Source: Pachysolen tannophilus NRRL Y-2460 (lineage: Eukaryota). Taken from it: 64,000 nt of DNA. Under the pieces are notes generated by a model. That model searched no databases and was not told the origin of the DNA. It was given only the letters and a program-made list of their open reading frames with translations. This document shows, one piece after another, positions 57,792 through 64,000 of the stretch. Position 1 is the first letter of the stretch, and each line of letters opens with the position of its first letter. Both the position numbers and the translations under genes were made by a program. The stretch is from contig KV454017.1 in the NCBI GenBank assembly GCA_001661245.1, positions 775,903 through 839,902 on the forward strand. Reading direction: 5' to 3'.

Positions 57792-60700
57792 TCATCCTAA
57801 GCGACGAACACCTGTTGTGTCAAACTTTCGTCTCCAATCCAATAACTCTTTTTCTAGAGTTAAACAATGTTCTTTGTATTCTTCCAACTGTCTTTCTGAT
57901 CTCTTTGCAAGTAATTTAGCTTCACTTTCTTGTTTTGTTAGCAATTCAAGATTATCGTTCAATTGTTTAATCTTATTTCCCAATTGCAAGTTTTCTTTAT
58001 TGTAACGCTTTGAAAGATTATATTGTTCATCCAATTTTGTTTGTAAATCTTTTGTCAATTTGTTGAAACTGAAAAGTTTATGATCTTCATCAATTTTACT
58101 GTTATTCTTTTGGCTCAATTTCATTTCCAACTCGGTTACTTTGCCTTGCCAATATTCTGCTTGTTTTTCCTTCTCATTTTTCAAACTCTCTTCAAAATCT
58201 TTCATTTTCAGTGCCAATTGCTTATTGAACTTTGTCAAAGCTTTATTCTCTTCAATTATCATGACAGATTGATGTTTCAAATCACTGAATTTAGAATTGA
58301 CTTCATTAAAGTTAGCTTCTTGAAGCAGTAATTTTTCTTCAAATTTAGCAGATTTAGAACGTTCTTGGATTAAATCATTCAATAATCTTTCTCCATTCAC
58401 CTTGTCTAAATTCTCTCTATCTTGCTTTCTCAAAAACCTATCAAACTCTTCTGAAATATCTTTAACTCTTTTCTCTAACGAAGATTTAGTTTCCAATAAT
58501 TGATTTCTTTCACTTATAATTTCTTCGTTTAATGAGCGTAAAGTATTGATTTGAGATGACGATGTCTCTAATCTGTTATTGATATCTTGATTCAAAATCG
58601 TTAATTTTTCATTTCGAGCACTCAAATCTTTAGAAACTTTTTCAAAATACGATTTTTCTTGGCTAACTTCAATAATTTTGGTCTCAAAGGCTGAATTCTT
58701 GTTCTTAATTTCTTCAAGTTGAAGTGAGAGATATTTAATAGTTTTGTTTAGTTCAGTCTCCTGTGTCATTTTCAGGGCTAATTCCTCACTTAAAGATTTT
58801 AATTCTTTTTCATGAGCTGCAGATATTGAAGATGCAGTAGAAGATCTGAATTCTTCTTCACTTTCAAACTTATTCTTCAAAATCTCGTAACTAGCAGTTA
58901 ACTTTTGATTTTGGAACACCTGGTCTGATAGTTTCTGCTCCAAATCTCTTATGGTTGAATTCAACTTAACAGTAGTTATGTCGTTAATCTTGGATTCTTT
59001 CTGCAAAAATTCTAATGTTTCCTTAACCTCTGCTAATTCCATCTTGGCAAAATTCTCCGATCTTTTTGCTGTTTTAACAGCAATTTCTGCAGCCTCCAAC
59101 TTACTATAATATTCCTCAGATCTAGATTTATATAATTTAACAGAAGAAGACAAATCAGTATTATTATTTTCAACAACTTCCAACCGAGATCTTAAATTCT
59201 CTACTTCATCCGGTTTGAAAGCTGATGAATCGCTACCGGTTTTATATCTTTTGAGCTTCGTATTTACTTCATTTAGCATAGCGTTCAATCTTAAGTTATC
59301 ATTTCTGACCTGGCTCAATTCTAATTTCACATCTTTCAAAGGAGAAGCATTATTATTACCATTATTAAGAAGTTGGGTATTTTCCTTCAAAGGACTTGAG
59401 CTGAAATTAGCACCAGCTATGCTTCTGAGCTGAGATTCTAATGAATCAATTTTAATTTTAGCTAATTGAAATTTGGCCATATAATCAACATCATTCTCAC
59501 TGGCCTTTGTAAACTTGGAAGCAAAATCCTGGTATCCATCAGAACTCAACGCCTTTGGAGAAACCAGTTTCAATTGCAGTAATTCCTTCACTAATGAAAC
59601 ATTCAAAGCTTCAACTCTTTTATTAACTTGTTTTTCATAATCCAAGTTTAACTTCAATTCATTGTTTTCTTTACTGCTGTTATCTAAAATAGGACTAAAA
59701 GCACGGTTTTCATCGTTCATTAGTGCTTCGTCAATATTGACTCCTCTTTCTTTCAAATTTTGAAGATGACTCCTTAACTTCCTGTTGTCATAGGACTCAG
59801 AAGCCAATTTAGTTCTCATAAAAGATAATTCTTCCTTTAACTTGTTATTTTCCAACTTCATATTAGTAGCTACTGCAGATGATTCATTCAACTGGAGCTT
59901 AACAGAAGCATACTCATCTGTAAGCACTTGTTTTTCCTTTAATAATAATTGAACCCTGTCGCCATTATTGATATCGGAATTTTCAAGTCCACTAAATAAG
60001 CCAACAGAAGACGGTCTATTTCTCATTTGAAAAGTCAATTCAGCCACTTTTATATCAAGATTTTTTTTCAATTTTAACAACTGTTCATTCTCATTTTTTA
60101 GTGACTTGACATTATTCAGAAGTCCATCTTTATCTTCAAATTTACCATTTAATTTTGATTTTAGATCAACTATGGTTTCTTTTAAATCAAGAACTTCTTT
60201 ATCGTGTTGCTGTTTTCCACGGCTAAATTTAACATCATCTGCGATTTTGCTATTCAATAATTCTTTAGCTTCTTTTGAATCATGCTCCAATTGTTTATGT
60301 TTCACTAGCATTTTCTTCATCTTTACCTTTAAAGAATCTAATTCTGATTTTACCAGTTCATACTTTGATAATAACTGTTCCTTTTCATTTTGAATCACTT
60401 CTAATTTCTTCTGTTCATCTTCTAACTTCTGCTCTAAAGATTTTAATTGCTCTTCCTTTTGATTTATTATACGATCAACATCTCTGTTTGAGGATTGTAA
60501 ATTATTCAATTTCTCCTGTAAAATTTTATTTTCATTAACAGCTTCTCTTAGATTTTTAGAAACTCCATTGTATCCGTTTGTCTGAGTATTTGTTTTTTTT
60601 TTTTAAAAAAAAAAAAAATGTTAGTAACCTTTTCTTAAAATAATACAAAAATACAAAAATAAAAAAACTAGAGGGGAAGGGTAAACATTACCATTCGAAT

Positions 60701-63700
60701 CCATATTATACTTACGGATTTATTCAACTTATCTTCTAATTCTTTACTTCCAGCTTCTAAAGCTACTTCTAATTGTTTAATCCTTTTATCTTTCTGAGTC
60801 ACAGTGCTTTTCAACATTTTGATTTCTTGTTTCAAAGTCTCCTGTTCCTGAAGGGACTTTGAATGAGTTTCATTGACGGTGTTTAGCTCGCTATTTAAAG
60901 ATTCGATTTTAGAGTTCAAACTTTGTTTATCATTCTCCAAATGGTCAATCAAGTTTTTGCTTTCCTCATGGTTTTGTAACTTATCATTTAGTTCAGCGTT
61001 TTCAGCCTTCAAGTCATCAAGTTCCAGTGTGATAACGTTCAATTGTTTAAGTTTACTTCCCAACTGTATTTCTGACTTTTTAATTTCTTGTAACTCCGAT
61101 TCTTTGTTTTCTAATAACTTTTTGTTATTTTCCAAACTTTCCTGGAAATCAACGATTTTTGAATTAAACTCTGATTTCTCCTTGAGAAAAGAATCATTTT
61201 CTTCCTTTAATTTTTTGATCTCTTTCTGTAAGAATTGAATTTTATCCTGATATATCTTTTTATCTGCTGAGCCACCATCAGCATTTCCTAAAAGAGGCTT
61301 CAATTGTAAAAATAAAGCAACCCAAGGATCTTGTTTTGTGGAATTTAATTTTTTAAAGTCTTTTAGAATAGATTGAGAGGCTTGCAATTTGCGTAATTTT
61401 TGTTCCATAATTCCTCTAACTAATTTCCCTCTTGAAACTGCTTGAAATTGAAGTATTATATCATTGATAATTCTCTCCCTTCTTTTCTCTAAATCTGCCA
61501 AGACTCCATTTTTAAAGAATAACTTTGTAGAGCCTACTTTATAGCTAGTTTGGTCTAATTTCAAGTCTGTCAAAATCAATTCACAATTTTGTTTCAAATT
61601 TGAGGTCGGTGAAGATATAGAAGTTACAATAAACGACCTGTTCTTCGATAAGATGCTGTAACGATGAAAGAAATGATCAAATAGAATTCTATTAGGATAA
61701 CCTGATCTTGCAATTCTAATACCTTCCAAGACACCGTTGCACCTTAATTGTTCCAATATTAGTTTATCATCAAATTTGCAAGGTTGCTTGGTATGATTTG
61801 GTAAAATACATCTAACGAAATGAGGGTGAGTATTAGATAATTCATCCATTAAATCAATCAATTGTTCTTTATGTCTTTGAGCAACCGTTCTCAACATGGA
61901 ATTTTTCTTAAATTTGTTGTTTGATTTATTGACCAGATTTGAAGCTTGTGCAAAAATTTCACTTTCAACTTGAAATAATTCTTTAAGAAATGCATTTTGA
62001 GAATGGGTATATATCATGTCAACAATGTTTTCACTAAGAGGATCTCTATTTTTATCCAACCATCCTTCAATGTTATATTCAACTTCACCAGCATAATGTT
62101 TTATTATAAAACCATTACGTTGTCTATTTGGACGATATTTTAATTTTGTCTTATCTATTCCCTTTTCTCTAATTTCTAAATTTGCATTTAATTTTTCGAA
62201 AAAACTATGATCTGAAGATTTTGGTACAATACATTCTTCATCTAAAATTGGTAATATACCTATTTTTTTCTTTGATTTCAATTCGATTAATTCAATTGTT
62301 GGTTTCAAATCATTACCAAAATCTATGAACTTCCAGTTAATGTTTTCTTTAAGATATTCATTTTGTTCTAGGACAAACATATGATGGTTAAAAAATTGTT
62401 GTAATTTTTCATTGGTATAGTTAATACAAAGTTGTTCAAATGAATTTTTATCAAAGATTTCAAAACCTGCTATATCTAATATACCAATAAAATTATCGTT
62501 TAAATTTTTTTCTAAATTTTCCAGTATAAAACTTTGATTTATTTTATCAACAACGTATTTAAATATTTTTTCATACAAACATTTTGATAAAGCATCAATT
62601 ATAAATTTTGATTGTTTAGATGTCTTTTGCTGTACAACATATTCTTTACCTGCTTTAACTTTTGGTTTCAAAAAAGAATTTTTAAACAGTTGTTCATCGC
62701 TAATTCCAAGTAATTCACATAATTTACCAATTGGAGATGAATCTAAAAGAATTGCTTGTTTATCATCGTTAAAATTTTTGAATTCAATATTACCTAGCAA
62801 TAATATTATAGCAAGAATTTTAAATATATTTGCCATTTCAATTGTTGAAAAGTTAATTGTTTTTAAAGCTTTAACCAAATTTTTGAATTCTTTTTTATCA
62901 TCAACTCCTGGGATTTGAGAATTTGAATTTTTCAAATAATTATAATGTTTAACAGATCTTGTTAATTGCAAAGCAGCCATTTCTCCATCACTTAATCCAT
63001 TAAGCAATTGATAAAAAATGTGATAATTTCTTTCATTTGAATTTTGATGTACTGCTCTTGATTTCTCTAATAAGTACCATTCAATGTTTGCACCAGTTAA
63101 ATTTTTAGTATTTGGATTAATTGATAATTTAATGAATTTACCAAATCTTGAAGAATTGTTATTTTTAACAGTTTGAGAATTACCAAAAGATTCTAATATA
63201 GGGTTTGCTTCTAATATTTTTTCATCAAAATTGAAATTAGTATTAGATTTAGAATTAGAATTTTGAGAAGAAGTAGAAGATATTACTGTTGTAATGTACT
63301 GAATTATTTTTTTAGTATTTTCTGTCTTACCAGCACCACTTTCTCCTGTTACCAATATACTTTGATTTTTCTTATCTTTTATCAATTGTTGTAATGCCTT
63401 TTCTGCTATACCAAAAATATGTGGTTTTTGAATTTTATCATCATTTCCCAGAGCGCTATTACTATTATAAAGTTCAACAAAATCTCTATTATAAATATTG
63501 ATATCTTGGTAAGGATTGATAGCAACCAAGAATAATCCAGAATATGTATAAATTAAATTATCCATGTATCTCAATTTCAAATTATATAATACTGAAGGCT
63601 CATTTAAATAAGTTAATGAAGCCATATCATCACATTTATCAAATTTTGGAGGATTCACTTTTTCCAAAAAATCTTTGTTTTCAATCTTATCCACAGCGGC

Positions 63701-63838
63701 ATCTTCACATCTAACTTTAACCTGATTTTGTTTTAATTCTTCAACAATATAACCTTTTATAAAAATCTTTTCCTTATCAGGTAACCATACCCAAGTCTGA
63801 GATGCAAAATTGACTTCATCCTGGGTTTCAGAAGTCAT
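57792..63838 (-). CDS. MYO1: Type II myosin heavy chain, spliced: exon1 63838-60716, intron 60715-60582, exon2 60581-57792 (about 1970 aa)
   Basis: Motor domain GESGAGKT, NNNSSRFGKF, LDIAGFE, QLRCNGVLEGIRI. A phase-0 intron (GTAAGT...TACTAAC...CAG) fuses the two long tracked ORFs into a head plus coiled-coil tail. Confidence 0.95.
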
Positions 63839-64000
63839 CTTTGCCAAAATAGAAAAAAAAAAGAAGAAATGTCAATTAACTCCTTATCGTTTCTTTAATA
63901 ATTAATTAATATAACCTACAATTTGGAACTATGATTTCTTTGTGGATAGCTACAGCTCTTTTATACTGGACCATACTGTTTACGTCCCCAGCTATTGTTT

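Overview
AT-rich eukaryotic DNA from a budding yeast (Saccharomycotina) draft assembly, with two N gaps (5819-6279, 18082-18446). I can support 24 protein-coding genes. Seven need splicing that the ORF track misses: RPL43, a SCA7-domain gene, XRS2/NBS1, SLT2, VMA16, MAS2 and MYO1. A 5'-partial BUD4/INT1-like gene at the left edge is also absent from the track. In-frame CTG codons fall at positions where remembered orthologues have Ala, Ser or polar residues rather than Leu, so CUG is probably reassigned. Ala (Pachysolen-type code 26) is favoured and Ser is not excluded. The right half (RRM3-SLT2-DAP2-RPN1-VMA16-THR1-MAS2-MYO1) matches the S. cerevisiae YHR031C-YHR023W block. The least-explained items are: a DUF1989 gene plus two tandem CPS1 genes sharing an AGCCGCA promoter motif; a stand-alone SCA7 zinc-finger protein; a nested-stem candidate ncRNA and a GTGAC hairpin array between BUD4 and RPL43; a perfect 17-bp inverted repeat upstream of FRQ1; and an orphan membrane protein between PAP1 and VPS1. 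I found no tRNA, rRNA, CRISPR array or intact transposon. All orthologue comparisons are from memory, not from computed alignments.
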